Counted from the stretch's first letter, positions 41,057-52,500 are shown. The stretch: DNA of 64,000 nucleotides from an uncultured Gammaproteobacteria bacterium (GCA_964524845.1 CAZGFX010000002.1:85389-149388); one strand, 5' to 3'. Numbers and translations: made by a program. The notes: a model not told the origin generated them from the sequence alone.

Positions 41057-42183
41057 CTATAATGTTTTGACGCATGTTGAAAAGCTTCGTGTGACATTGA
41101 CTTGCGAACATCAGGAGAAGCAAATAAATATTCAATTTTTTCTCTAAGATCAAGTATATTGCCTGGTTTTACAAGAAGCCCCATCACGCCTTCTCTGGCA
41201 ACCGAACGAACGCCTGGTAAATCAGATGCGATTACTGGGGTTCCTTGTGACATTGATTCTGCTAATACTATTCCAAAAGCCTCTGTTTTATCTATGGACG
41301 GCAAAATAGTAACATAAGCGCCTTTATACGCAGCACGAAGCTCCTCATCGCTTACGCGACCAGCGAACACGACTCGATCTCTCATGTTATATAAACCTAC
41401 AAAATCCTCATAATACTTCCTCATGTTTCCATCTCCGCATATAACAAGCCGAATATCGTCTGTTTCCATAATAGCCCCCAATAGACGATCAAGACCCTTA
41501 AAATAATGTGCCTTATCAAGGGCGGCAACAAATAAAATATATGGGTGGTCTGTGTTTATATTAAATTTTGATAAAAACGAGGATGGGTCTATTTGTGAAA
41601 AAAACAACTCGTTTACCCCAAAAGGCATTTCGACACACCTATCAACATATTCGGATATTTCCGAGTGACGAATATAATCAATCGATGCCGTACCTATCTT
41701 CTCGGCACGACGAATAATTAAATTGTTAAATAGTTTTTTATATATTTCAAAAAAAATTTTTTTAAACCAAGTACCGACAGGATCGAAATGATACCATACA
41801 TAATAAGGTATTTTCCGCGCGCGGGCCGCGGCTACTGCCCATTCAATAAACCCGAATGACGGATAATGACACAAAACACAATCACAGTCTCGGATATATT
41901 TCATGACACTAGGAGCATATCCAGCTATACCAATAGTAAAAAGAGGGCTGATGCGAATAACTCTCACACCATTTAAATATTCTTCTTCGTTTTCCCTAAT
42001 TTTAATATCATTTAATTCTTTTTTTTCATTAATAGACAGGCTATTTTTCAACGATTTGTTTTCTGGCACAAGTACTGTCACCGCGTGCCCGCGCGCCACA
42101 AGTCCCTCGGCTTGTTCTTTGGCGACTGCCGCCTGTCCTCCGCGATATGGAGCATATACTGATGTAACTATAATAATATTCAT
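40996..42183 (-). CDS. glycosyltransferase family 4
   Basis: EAFGIVLAESMSQGTPVIASDLPGVRSVAREGVMGLLV. Confidence 0.8.
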   Translation of the reverse strand: MNIIIVTSVYAPYRGGQAAVAKEQAEGLVARGHAVTVLVPENKSLKNSLSINEKKELNDIKIRENEEEYLNGVRVIRISPLFTIGIAGYAPSVMKYIRDCDCVLCHYPSFGFIEWAVAAARARKIPYYVWYHFDPVGTWFKKIFFEIYKKLFNNLIIRRAEKIGTASIDYIRHSEISEYVDRCVEMPFGVNELFFSQIDPSSFLSKFNINTDHPYILFVAALDKAHYFKGLDRLLGAIMETDDIRLVICGDGNMRKYYEDFVGLYNMRDRVVFAGRVSDEELRAAYKGAYVTILPSIDKTEAFGIVLAESMSQGTPVIASDLPGVRSVAREGVMGLLVKPGNILDLREKIEYLFASPDVRKSMSHEAFQHASKHYRWPIHVEALERFLMSESQKR

Positions 42184-42187
42184 ATGT

Positions 42188-43306
42188 TTATCGTATCAAA
42201 CCATGAATAAAACGTATACATGTCCAATACACACACAAACAAGGATTGACAATATAATAAAGCAAAAAATTTTTCACTTTTTCACTCTTAACGTCGCATA
42301 CAAATCGTTTATAAAAATCTGATCTGTATATTTTCCAAACAGATCTAATATGTGCTTTATCATGCCGTATATTCTTCCAAACCTCAACTGAAAACAACTG
42401 TTTATATACCAACATCTTTTTTGGAAACCAACCATGAATAATAGAATATCCGAGTGTGCCTACTTCAAATGCAAAAAGCACTGGAAAAATAAAAAATAAC
42501 ATCCATAGATCAAAGTACGTAAAAAGAAATATATATCTATTTCGCTCCATATAATTTATTAGTCCTACACTTCCGGAAAAAGAATATTTATGATACACAA
42601 TTGATTCTGGTTCAACATATACATCATAACCAGCAATAATTGCACGCATACAAAATTCGAGATCTTCGTGATACATAAAATAAAAATCTCTAAACATACC
42701 AATTTCTGATATTATATTTATCGGAATACACACTGCCGCTCCGCTACAATATGTATATTTATGATGTTTCCAATCAATTTCACTTTCGCTCACTCCTTCG
42801 GCTCCGGCATATCCAATACCATAAAACGTAGCTAGATTCCCGGCGCTATTTACAATACGATTTGTACCATATTCAATAAGAAGAGACTGAATAATCCTCT
42901 TCTTGTTGAGTTTTTCAGCTGTCTCAATAATACAATCAATAGCGTTTGAATCTATTTCTGTATCTTGGTTTAGCAAAAAAACATAATCGAAATTGTTTTT
43001 TTTACAAAACTCTATGCCTTTATTATTTCCTCCTGCAAAACCAAGATTTTTTTCAGAAAAAATTAAATGCAATGGAAACTTGATAATAGAACGGCCTTCT
43101 TCAACGCGCTTATTCGAATCATCTGGGGACGCATTATCAACATAAATAATTTCCGGAACACACTTGTTTGTATTAATTTTTGAAATAGATAAAAAAAGAG
43201 GGTGTATATATGACGCTGCATTATACCCCACAATTATAACTCCAACTCTTGGTTTATTATTCATGTTTTGTATCATGTGTTTCCATTGATGTGTTTTCTT
43301 TTCCAT
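42188..43306 (-). CDS. glycosyltransferase family 2 with C-terminal membrane segment
   Basis: VGVIIVGYNAASYI...YVDNASPDDS...LLNQDTEID; start may be at a downstream in-frame Met. Confidence 0.75.
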   Translation of the reverse strand: MEKKTHQWKHMIQNMNNKPRVGVIIVGYNAASYIHPLFLSISKINTNKCVPEIIYVDNASPDDSNKRVEEGRSIIKFPLHLIFSEKNLGFAGGNNKGIEFCKKNNFDYVFLLNQDTEIDSNAIDCIIETAEKLNKKRIIQSLLIEYGTNRIVNSAGNLATFYGIGYAGAEGVSESEIDWKHHKYTYCSGAAVCIPINIISEIGMFRDFYFMYHEDLEFCMRAIIAGYDVYVEPESIVYHKYSFSGSVGLINYMERNRYIFLFTYFDLWMLFFIFPVLFAFEVGTLGYSIIHGWFPKKMLVYKQLFSVEVWKNIRHDKAHIRSVWKIYRSDFYKRFVCDVKSEKVKNFLLYYIVNPCLCVYWTCIRFIHGLIR

Positions 43307-43649
43307 TTTCTATGTTTTTTCCATGCACAGCTTTCTCATGCCCTAATATACGAATCAGGCGTGTCATATCGTACTGAAGTTTTTGTATCCTAGCAAGAAG
43401 TCTAAATACAGAATAAAATAATACTAAAATTGAAACATAAACCAAAAGATCAGCACCACGCGCCACACCTACATACGAAGCCAGAATATCAGTACTCTTT
43501 GGAGACAAAGCTGCAAGTGCCAACAAAATCCAAAAAACGAGCCAAATATACATACTCGGGGTTGAAACTTGTTTGTTGCGATGCTGACGAATTGTCTTGA
43601 TAATGACAAACACAACAAAGATGAGAATCGCGTATTGAATTACCATCAT
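43257..43649 (-). CDS. small membrane protein, DUF2304-like GT2 partner
   Basis: 130 aa, 3-4 TM; sits immediately downstream of a DPM1-like GT2. Confidence 0.55.
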   Translation of the reverse strand: MMVIQYAILIFVVFVIIKTIRQHRNKQVSTPSMYIWLVFWILLALAALSPKSTDILASYVGVARGADLLVYVSILVLFYSVFRLLARIQKLQYDMTRLIRILGHEKAVHGKNIENGKENTSMETHDTKHE

Positions 43650-43650
43650 A

Positions 43651-44322
43651 TTATTTTATAAATTTACCCAAAAGAAGTTCCTTTATTATTCGAAGACCTC
43701 CTAACAATCCTTGTCCATACTCTGCATAAAGAATATCAACGGGACGCTCAACAAAGCGAAGTTTATGAATTGATATTTCTTCAATAATTTCAGAAGCATG
43801 CGCCATTCTATCTTGAGTAATACGAATTGTCCTAGCAGCATGAGAAGATAATGCTCGAAAACCATTGTGTGCATCAGTAAGCCACAAACCCGTAAAGAAA
43901 AAATTTATTAACTTTGAAACAGGGAGCACGATCGCTCTTTTGGAAAAAGGAATATTCTTTTTGTCAGCTCCTTTTAAAAATCTAGATCCAAGAACAATAT
44001 CTGATTCTTTTGAAATGATTGGTTGTATCATTCTTTCTATATCCTTTACTTGGTGTTGCCCATCGCTATCAAAATGAATTATAATGTCAGCACCAATAGA
44101 CAGTGCATACTCCGTCCCAGTTGCTAATGCTGCCCCCTGTCCAAGATTGATACAATGTTCTATATATATACATGGTAACGAGCAAAGTATTTCCCGAGTA
44201 TTATCTTTCGATCCATCATTCACAGTAATAACTTCATCAACATGGGAACATAATTTTATAATAACATCGCTTACTGTTTCTGCGACGTTAAAACAAGGAA
44301 CAACTGCGACTATCTTCGGCAT
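43651..44322 (-). CDS. polyprenol-phosphate glycosyltransferase (GT2, DPM1/GtrB/ArnC-like)
   Basis: KIVAVVPCFNVAETV...TVNDGSKDNT...HFDSDGQH motifs. Confidence 0.8.
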   Translation of the reverse strand: MPKIVAVVPCFNVAETVSDVIIKLCSHVDEVITVNDGSKDNTREILCSLPCIYIEHCINLGQGAALATGTEYALSIGADIIIHFDSDGQHQVKDIERMIQPIISKESDIVLGSRFLKGADKKNIPFSKRAIVLPVSKLINFFFTGLWLTDAHNGFRALSSHAARTIRITQDRMAHASEIIEEISIHKLRFVERPVDILYAEYGQGLLGGLRIIKELLLGKFIK

Positions 44323-44333
44323 ACAAATAATAA

Positions 44334-45383
44334 TTATTTAATATCATTCATTGACAAACTGTCTACCATTTCGGACATCGTCACTGTATTGAGTGTTGTG
44401 CGCATATATTCGATCGTTCTGGTAATTCCATCCTGAAGTGTGACGAGAGGAAGCCAACCAAGTTGATTTTTTACCATGTTTGTATCAGGAAGAACAGAAT
44501 ATGTACTGAACGGAAGTGTTTCTCCTTGTCTTAATTCTGAAGCAGATCCTGCCAATCCAATAATCAACTGAGCGGTTTCAGTAACTGACACACCTATAGA
44601 CTGTCCTATGTTTATAGGAGACGATATTTCAGATACTGATAATTTTATTAACGCATCAACCATATCATCAATATAACAATATGATTGTTTTGCTTTTGGA
44701 TCACCATAAATAACAATATCCTTGTTTGAAAGCGCCGTTAATATAAGTTCTGGGATCAATCTCCCTGATTGAGCCGACATACGAGGTCCGTACGTATTAA
44801 AAATACGAGCAATTTTAATATCTAGATTATATACGTTACGATAATTTATAGCCATTGTCTCAGCAAACCTCTTCCCTTCATAATAAGCGCTTCTAGGTCC
44901 AGTAAAATCTACAATGCCAACATTTTTTTCGTTATAATATAAGTTATCACTAGATGGTTCTCCATATACAGATGATGTAGAACCATGAACGAATACGGAT
45001 CCATAAGTACGCGTCATCTCGAGAAGATTTTTTATAACCAACGAATTTGCATCTAATGTATTAATAACATACTTGGTAAAGTTTTTTACCGATATCGGAC
45101 ATGCAAAATTAAATATTGTTTGTATTCCCTGAAATCGTACTTTAAATTTATCAAGTTCGGGAACAGTATTTAAATCAATAGGAACCGAGCAGTCGTGATT
45201 CAAAAATACGAATTTCGGATGCTGTAAAAGATGTTGTATATTATCAATTTGGCTAGTTACAAAATTATCTATACAAATTATATGGTGTCCTTCAGCAAGT
45301 AATCGTTCACACACATGGGAACCTATAAATCCGGCTCCTCCTGCAACTACTATATTTTTCTCTTTATATGTTTGTGAGGTCAT
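44334..45383 (-). CDS. NAD-dependent epimerase/dehydratase, UDP-glucuronate decarboxylase-like (UXS/ArnA-type SDR)
   Basis: Rossmann [13 protein letters not shown]; catalytic region [13 protein letters not shown] resembles the UXS YDEGKR motif. Confidence 0.7.
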   Translation of the reverse strand: MTSQTYKEKNIVVAGGAGFIGSHVCERLLAEGHHIICIDNFVTSQIDNIQHLLQHPKFVFLNHDCSVPIDLNTVPELDKFKVRFQGIQTIFNFACPISVKNFTKYVINTLDANSLVIKNLLEMTRTYGSVFVHGSTSSVYGEPSSDNLYYNEKNVGIVDFTGPRSAYYEGKRFAETMAINYRNVYNLDIKIARIFNTYGPRMSAQSGRLIPELILTALSNKDIVIYGDPKAKQSYCYIDDMVDALIKLSVSEISSPINIGQSIGVSVTETAQLIIGLAGSASELRQGETLPFSTYSVLPDTNMVKNQLGWLPLVTLQDGITRTIEYMRTTLNTVTMSEMVDSLSMNDIK

Positions 45384-45467
45384 TGTTGTATATAAAAACT
45401 ATTACGATACCTACATTGTATCAATCAGACGCCGTTTTAACAAGGAGCTAAAATACTAAAAAATGGC

Positions 45468-46217
45468 TTAATAACAGGGTTTTTTCTTTATGCGGAACAG
45501 TCGTCTATGTACAAACCGAATATGAAGAAGATCATATAATACACGAGCATAGTCGAAAAGCAGCACTGTTGAACTCGTGTCGTTGACCCATCTAACAGGA
45601 ACTTCTTTAATTTTCAAGTCGTGTTTTTTCGCAATATATAAAAGTTCAAAATCAAATGAGAACCTCCTTGTTACTTGTTCATCCAAAAAATGTTTGAACA
45701 TTTTATTAAAAAGTTTAAAACCACATTGAGTGTCTCGTATAGATAATCCGAGTATCTTTCGAATCAAAAAATTACCAACCTTTCCAAGTGTTTCTTTGTA
45801 CCACACCTGATGTACTTCTATAATTGAATCAGACAAACCCCTTGAACCTATAATTACATCATAATCCGCGATATATTGGATGAGTTTTTCTAGTTCACAA
45901 ATATCTGTCGAGAAATCTGCGTCTATCATAAGCATCCATTCATAACGCGCATCGCGGAAGCCTGTATTTACAGCAAAACCCTTCCCTTCGTTCGGCGAAT
46001 ATGAAATTACACGAACCGGATCACCAAATCCTTCCGCGATGCGCGCGGTCGCATCCGTAGACCCATCATTCACAACAATAACCTCATATATATATCCGCG
46101 AGCATTACAATATGAACAAATACGAGTAATCGCTGAAGCAATTGATTTCTCTTCGTTGTATACAGGAACGATAACTGAAAGCGAGAACCGATTTTGTGTT
46201 AATGGTGTCATATACAA
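45468..46217 (-). CDS. polyprenol-phosphate glycosyltransferase (GT2, DPM1-like)
   Basis: LSVIVPVYNEEKSI...VVNDGSTDAT...MIDADFSTD. Confidence 0.8.
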   Translation of the reverse strand: MYMTPLTQNRFSLSVIVPVYNEEKSIASAITRICSYCNARGYIYEVIVVNDGSTDATARIAEGFGDPVRVISYSPNEGKGFAVNTGFRDARYEWMLMIDADFSTDICELEKLIQYIADYDVIIGSRGLSDSIIEVHQVWYKETLGKVGNFLIRKILGLSIRDTQCGFKLFNKMFKHFLDEQVTRRFSFDFELLYIAKKHDLKIKEVPVRWVNDTSSTVLLFDYARVLYDLLHIRFVHRRLFRIKKKPCY

Positions 46218-46292
46218 AGGTTTCCTAATACAAAATAATTATTATAATATAAGTATAGCAACAAATATAATTCTTTCATACAAAAACCATAT

Positions 46293-46754
46293 TTATTCAT
46301 CATGCGCTGACAAAGATGTCAGCTTATGCCGAAAAGTCCAAAACTTGTTACCAAAAAAATTGACTAATACCGTACAAGCAACCGCGCACAGCTTCGCTAT
46401 AATAACATGATATTCCAATGTTCCGTGTATAACATATAAAACAAGTTCAGATACACCTAGTCCGAGAAGCGCGACAATAAAAAATTTAGGTATTTCATAA
46501 TAAGCTTTGCCGGAAGATCGAAATGTAAATTTTCTGTTCAATGTAAAACTCAATAATACAGAAAAAATAAAAGAAACTATGTTTGTAATCAGATAATAAT
46601 ATTGAAAAAAAGAAACCGAAAACACAAGAAGCCAAAAAACTCCGATATCAAATAACGTTACAATGCCACCAATAAAAGAAAACATTATAAAATCTCCGAA
46701 TACCGAATCACGAACAATTCGATACGGCTTCCACAATCTTAATCTCTCCACCAT
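46293..46754 (-). CDS. GtrA family membrane protein
   Basis: 153 aa, 4 TM, FIGGIVTLFDIGVFWLL...NRKFTFRS pattern typical of GtrA. Confidence 0.65.
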   Translation of the reverse strand: MVERLRLWKPYRIVRDSVFGDFIMFSFIGGIVTLFDIGVFWLLVFSVSFFQYYYLITNIVSFIFSVLLSFTLNRKFTFRSSGKAYYEIPKFFIVALLGLGVSELVLYVIHGTLEYHVIIAKLCAVACTVLVNFFGNKFWTFRHKLTSLSAHDE

Positions 46755-48760
46755 ACACCATCTCTCAAGTGAATTAGATCAAAATCCCAAACATTTTTTA
46801 TCGGAACCTTATCATACCTATCAAAAAAATTTGTTGATATGACTCCGTCTCGGTTTGAAGGAAGAGTGAATACTACATCTTGTTTATCATCAAGAACACC
46901 TCTTAAATAATCAACTTTTTTACTATCATTTATCACGTCGTCTTTTAAATACTCATAAGCCGATGAATAATTATGTAGCCTATTCCAAGAATATGAGTAT
47001 AATTTATCATCTGTTAAATATAATCGTTTTCCATATCTATTATTTCTTCCGCTTTCATATTGAACCAATCCACTTCCATCCGCGTTCGAAACCGCCATAT
47101 CTTTTTTCCAGCCCTCTCTCGCATCACTTAAGATAACTGCTACCTCTGGATTTCCATCAGCATTTAAATCTCTTACATCAACATCATAACCGGCTATTAA
47201 TTTAGGAGATAGAGCGAACCACTGCGCATAAACTTTACCAAACATATCAAATACTCTTACATGAGGACCTCCTCCTCTATATGGCACTGTAACAATTAAA
47301 TCCTTCTCCCACTTACCACCTAATTGTCTTCCGAGTGGACCGTTTCTCCTTATCGTATCAACACGAACACCTCCGATAAAAAGATCTCCATACGCCTGAA
47401 ACCTTGTTCGAAATATGCCATCGTATTCAAACACATCAACAATTGATTTCCTTCCATTAATATATGAAACGGCTATTTCATCAACTCCGTCTGCATCGAA
47501 ATCTCCGGTCGTCATCTGCACATCATCTAGTGCCCCTCGATATATTAAAAATGATTGTATGATATTTCCTTCTGTCGTTACTATGCGTAAATAATACTTT
47601 CCGTTTTCTTGCACAATAACAGCAAGGACCGTGTGCGGAACAATTGTAATTGCTTTGATTATTGAATCAACGATATTGAGGGCTCTCACCGTCGTTCCTT
47701 CTGATCCTAGTGGTGTCGCATTATTAATCAAAAGATCTCTGATTTCAGAGTTTGTATAATATGGATACTCCGACATTATATACGCGGCGGCGGCGGAAAC
47801 AAACCCAGTAGCAAGAGACGTTCCCCACCATCCTGTTCCTACAGTATCTCGAAGCGTCGAACGTTCATATTCGTACGTAAGCGTTGAAATAATTTGTTCA
47901 CCGATTGCATAAATATCAACGCACGTATCTCCAACATTTGAAAAAACTGACACGGATTTTGTTTTTGCTATAGAACCAACCCCAATAACTATATTATCAG
48001 AAAAAACTGAACACACCGGATATAATGGCTTGTCGTTTAAATTTCTTCTTACAGCACCATCTTTGTATTCTCCGTTTCCAGCCGCCGCTACTATGAGTAC
48101 ACCGTGATCCCATGCATATTGAATGGCTTTTTTGAGCTCAAGACTTTCCTTTCCTGATATAAAACTCATGTTTATTACTCTCGCTCCATGATCTACTGCG
48201 TAATATATTCCTTTGATAACTGCATTAATATCTCCTATACCGTTCGCGGCGACAGCGCGAATAGGCATTATTTTTATATTTCCTTTTCCAACTCCTACCG
48301 TCCCGTTTCCATTGTGTTCGGCCGCGATAATTCCAGCAATAAAAGTTCCGTGATGCATGGCTTCGTATGATGCACCAGTTGATGTAACAGGAGATGGATT
48401 GCTATCGTTATCAGCAAAATCCCATCCATTATAATCATCTGTATATCCATTATAATCATCATCTTTCCCGTTTCCTGGTATTTCACGATAATTATGCCAG
48501 ATATTTTTCATGAGATCAGGATGATCAAGGTCAACCCCGGAATCAATAACAGCAACAACAACTTGATTTACACCATTATAATCAGTCCAAACCTTCTCCA
48601 TTTCCATCGTACGTAAATAATCCATGTTCACATACATCGAATCGCCTGGTATATATGTTTTTATTATTTGTACATCTTGCGCCTCAGCAAACACACCAAA
48701 AAACATTCCTATACAAATAGGAATTATAAGAAGTTTTCGTGCTATCTCATGCCATTTCAC
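46739..48760 (-). CDS. secreted subtilisin-like serine protease (peptidase S8) with C-terminal FG-GAP-like repeats
   Basis: Signal peptide; catalytic triad regions VAVIDSGVDLDHPDL, HGTFIAGIIAA, GTSLATGFVSAAAAYI; C-terminal DFDADGVDEIAV / RDLNADGNPEVAV repeats. GTG start. Confidence 0.85.
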   Translation of the reverse strand: MKWHEIARKLLIIPICIGMFFGVFAEAQDVQIIKTYIPGDSMYVNMDYLRTMEMEKVWTDYNGVNQVVVAVIDSGVDLDHPDLMKNIWHNYREIPGNGKDDDYNGYTDDYNGWDFADNDSNPSPVTSTGASYEAMHHGTFIAGIIAAEHNGNGTVGVGKGNIKIMPIRAVAANGIGDINAVIKGIYYAVDHGARVINMSFISGKESLELKKAIQYAWDHGVLIVAAAGNGEYKDGAVRRNLNDKPLYPVCSVFSDNIVIGVGSIAKTKSVSVFSNVGDTCVDIYAIGEQIISTLTYEYERSTLRDTVGTGWWGTSLATGFVSAAAAYIMSEYPYYTNSEIRDLLINNATPLGSEGTTVRALNIVDSIIKAITIVPHTVLAVIVQENGKYYLRIVTTEGNIIQSFLIYRGALDDVQMTTGDFDADGVDEIAVSYINGRKSIVDVFEYDGIFRTRFQAYGDLFIGGVRVDTIRRNGPLGRQLGGKWEKDLIVTVPYRGGGPHVRVFDMFGKVYAQWFALSPKLIAGYDVDVRDLNADGNPEVAVILSDAREGWKKDMAVSNADGSGLVQYESGRNNRYGKRLYLTDDKLYSYSWNRLHNYSSAYEYLKDDVINDSKKVDYLRGVLDDKQDVVFTLPSNRDGVISTNFFDRYDKVPIKNVWDFDLIHLRDGVWWRD

Positions 48761-48822
48761 AATATTTAAACATTTAAATCTTCGTGCCTAGTATAAAATA
48801 TTTCCCTAATTTAAGCAATGCA

Positions 48823-49046
48823 CATTGTAACCTCGACACCATATTGTCACCCCGAACGAAGTGAGGGGTTGTCACCTCGACCCGCCTCGTCACCTCGAAC
48901 TAAGTGAGGGGCCTCACCAACACTGTCACCTAGACACCACATTGTCATCCTTAACTGACATTGTCATCCTTAACCCACATTGTCATCCTTAACTGACACT
49001 GTCATCCTTAACTGACACTGTCATCCTGAACTTGTTTCAGGATCTT
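48823..49046. repeat. degenerate tandem array of about 10 short units, core TTGTCAYCYYGAAC, ending in a palindromic hairpin
   Basis: Read directly: units such as ATTGTCACCCCGAACGAAGTGAGGGG, TTGTCACCTCGAC, and 4 near-identical ACTGTCATCCTTAACTGAC copies (48939-49016), then ATCCTGAA-CTTGT-TTCAGGAT. Confidence 0.75.
49017..49045. repeat. left 29-bp inverted repeat flanking the GIY-YIG gene
   Basis: ACTGTCATCCTGAACTTGTTTCAGGATCT; exact reverse complement of 49402-49430. Confidence 0.85.
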
Positions 49047-49059
49047 CCATGATACATTG

Positions 49060-49335
49060 TCATAATAACAAATCTTTGAGTTCCGGATTATACTCTTTTA
49101 TCAAATTCCATTTCCACTTTCTGTGCCAACGTTTTAATTGCTTTTCTCTTTCTAGTGCATCATATATGGACTCGTATTCTTCTGTGAACACTAATTTCGT
49201 CAAATGATATCTACGCGTAAACACGCCTCCTTTCTTGTTTCTATGAAACATCACACGACGAATAATATCGTTAGTGACACCAATATATAAGGTTGTGTTG
49301 GTATAATTTGTTAAGATATAAACGTAGTAAGACAT
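49060..49335 (-). CDS. GIY-YIG nuclease family protein (small, UPF0213-like)
   Basis: 91 aa; YVYILTN...LYIGVTNDIIRRVMFH...GG.FTRRY...E.EKQLKRW pattern of the GIY-YIG fold. Confidence 0.8.
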   Translation of the reverse strand: MSYYVYILTNYTNTTLYIGVTNDIIRRVMFHRNKKGGVFTRRYHLTKLVFTEEYESIYDALEREKQLKRWHRKWKWNLIKEYNPELKDLLL

Positions 49336-49401
49336 AATATATCTATATCACTTGTCTTTTAGAAACTAAAGCGCCGTCTGTGAATTACTTAGTTACACGG
49401 T

Positions 49402-49430
49402 AGATCCTGAAACAAGTTCAGGATGACAGT
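49402..49430. repeat. right 29-bp inverted repeat flanking the GIY-YIG gene
   Basis: AGATCCTGAAACAAGTTCAGGATGACAGT; exact reverse complement of 49017-49045. Confidence 0.85.
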
Positions 49431-49460
49431 AATAATAAGTTGTCGGCCTCCCCCAAAACA

Positions 49461-49494
49461 AAAACTCCCCCGCCCGAAGGCAAGGGGAGTTTTT
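49461..49494 (-). terminator. rho-independent terminator of the large surface-protein gene
   Basis: GC-rich hairpin ACTCCCC-(GCC-CGAA-GGC)-GGGGAGT with U-run on the minus transcript, 30 nt after the stop. Confidence 0.6.
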
Positions 49495-49525
49495 AGTAAC
49501 GATACTAAACGAGGTACAAATTCGG

Positions 49526-52500
49526 TTAGTACGTAGTAACAGCACCGAGAACAGGCAACGACGGTGAGAATGTAGAATTAACAGTTGTTGAGTTGTCGAA
49601 CGCTGAGATATACGAGTAAGGAACAGGGCCTGCGGTTGCAGGGAATGGGCCAGCTGAACCCTCGAGACGACTAGAAAGCGTCACATTAGATTGAACCGGA
49701 GCTGGTGCATTAGCACCATCCATCTTGATGTTTGAGGTGTTAGCATAGAGTCTGAACTCTTTTGAATTACCCTGAGTAATCGTAATTGCTGATGTAAGCG
49801 CGAACTGTACCGTCTGAGAAGAGACAGTAGCAGTAAGTGTAGCTGGGATCGCCACATCACTTGAATCCTTAAGAACGTAACCGGTAACTTTACAATTTGT
49901 GATTGTAACACCGCTACACGCTGGTACGATATCACCATCGAACGAAGAGAAAGGACCGTTTGAACCGGAGATAGTAAATGTGATTTGAGTCATAGTGAGA
50001 TCTCTTCCACCATCAGCCTTAATGCTGTATTTGCCAATCATTTGATTAGCCTGTGGAGCTAGTGTCGTATTTGACATTGTGCTTGTCATAACAGCAACAA
50101 CATCATCGGCTCTGTGTACTCTTATCGCATGCTTAGCATTTGTATAGAGAGCACCAGCTGTTCCAGCTGCGTTTTCTGTCATGTTAATAACATAAACACC
50201 TGCCGTACCATAAGCCGTATCTCCAATTGTTGGAGCTGTTGTAAGAGTTGATAATGCGGCACCGATTGCAACGCCTGCTGCATTTGTAACAACAGCGAAG
50301 CCTGTGGATGCGGTTCCTACAGTATCAGCTACGAACACTAGGTCACCTGGTTCATAAACTACTTCAGCATTTGTGCTTGTATTATCAGCAAGACCCAGTC
50401 TTGAGATTCTATAAGCACTTGACCACGTAGTTGTACCAGCAGCGCTGTTGAAAATAACAGTACCACCGTTAAAATCAGCTACGTTTGTTGTAATGCCATA
50501 CGCTGGATATGTAACACCAGCAGTAGCACCTGTAGAATAGATGAACTGGCCACTAACAGAAGATTGTGTTCCGTTTGGCAAGAATGTATCAGCTGCAGTA
50601 AGAGTACCTGCAACTTCCTGCGACAAGTTTGATACGAGACCGACTGAGTCGATGTCGAATATAACAGGCGCGATCAGTTGAGTAGCAGCTGCATTTGTAG
50701 CAAGAGCTTGAATAGCAGCGGCATCAGCCTTTACAGTCAATACTTTTGAGCTTCCCTTCTCAACTGAAACAGTTAAACCAGAGAAGCTTGCTTCGTATCG
50801 AGCTGAAGTGCTGTTGTACTGCAATGGCTGTTCGCCAATCTTCGTAGCGCCATCATAGAGATATACTCTTGTGATGTTCTTATCGAAGTTGAGGCCTCCC
50901 ATGACAATCTTACTGATCTTCGCACCTTCAACTAGGTTGGAAGTGAATTTGAAGTCAGCGAGGTTTGCCATAGTCTGGCTTGCAACGATGATAGACGAAG
51001 ACACTGCGGATGTCGGATCATACGAGAAGCTTAGTAAGCCACCCGTCGTTGACATCGTCATGATCTGAAGATCGGTTGCAGCTGCAGTCAAAGACTTGTT
51101 TGATGGTACTGCGACACCAGTAGCTGCTGCCGTAAGCCTCAATGAAGCATTATCAGAAACACCAGATGAAGCAATAGAACCAACAACCCGAATTTGAACA
51201 GATGCATTTGCAGCTAGGTTCAATTCTCCAGAAACAGAGAATGTTGGTGAGCTAGCCGGAGTCGACTGTGTATCACCAATCTTGACCCATGCTGAACCTG
51301 ACCACTTGTAAAGCATAACGTTGGAAATTTTGTTTCCAGCAAATGCATTTGTATTCGCGCCAGTTGGGAATGTATTTCCAGCTGTTCGTGTACCAATGGT
51401 AAAGTTCGAAACATTTGCACCCTCAGCAGCAGCCGTTGAAAGAACGAACTGTGCTAGAGGAGCGGCTGTAGAACCGGTAACGATAGTAGTGCTTGGCAAT
51501 GAGTTATCAATAGCAATATTCATTGAAGAATCTTCTACTGACAATGTGTTTGCTGGAACACCAGATGTATGAAGACTAACACCCGCTCCTACAGAAGTAC
51601 TACCATTTGTTTGGTTAAGATTGCTTGAAAGAAGTTTAACTTCCCATCCATTCAAAACACCCTTAATCTGACTATTTATAGGGAAGTGAGTAGAATCGGA
51701 AGATTCGCTCTTCAATTGAGCAACTAATTTAACCTGTTTTGTCTGGCCGGCAGGAATCGTGAGATAAGGAGACAATGTGTACTTAACAACATAATATGTA
51801 TTTGCGGCAATAGATCCTTTCGGAACATTTACGTTTGATACAGAAGATGCTATTGAGTTATTGTTTCCATCCCATAGACCAGCTGTGTCAAGATTTCTGT
51901 TTGTACCAGCTGTTCCATCGGTTGCGTAACCAACATAGATTACACGAACCTCTGTGTCTTCACCAGCAGCAACAAAATCATATACACCTATCGTTTGGTT
52001 TGAACCTGCAGCCACCTTATTTGAAGGAGACGATGGAGATAAACCTAATGACTGTGTACCCTGATTAATGTTGTGTAATGAGATATTATCTGATGAGGAA
52101 GTAATTTTATCACCAATTGGGAAAGTTGTGTCATTGCTTGTATCAACTTTAGGCAAGAAACTTACGCCGGTCTCAAGACCACGAAGCGTTATGTCTTCTG
52201 CTTGTTCTACAACAAGTTGAAGTGTTCTGCTTGTCCCACCAATAACATCAGCTTTTACAGTCAATGTTACGGTATTGCCTTCTGCCATTGACAATCCGGT
52301 CGTCGTAATGACAGCCTGATTGTTTACATTAAGCGACGAAACAGAACCAATAAGAGCACCGGTTGATTCGTTATATACTTTTATATTCTGTATATCAGAT
52401 GCAGTTGCAGTACCTCTGTTTGTAAGAACGATTCGATCTATTGCAATCTGCTCGTTAGTTACTTCAAAGATTTTGAACTGCGCAATAACTTCTCCTGTGT

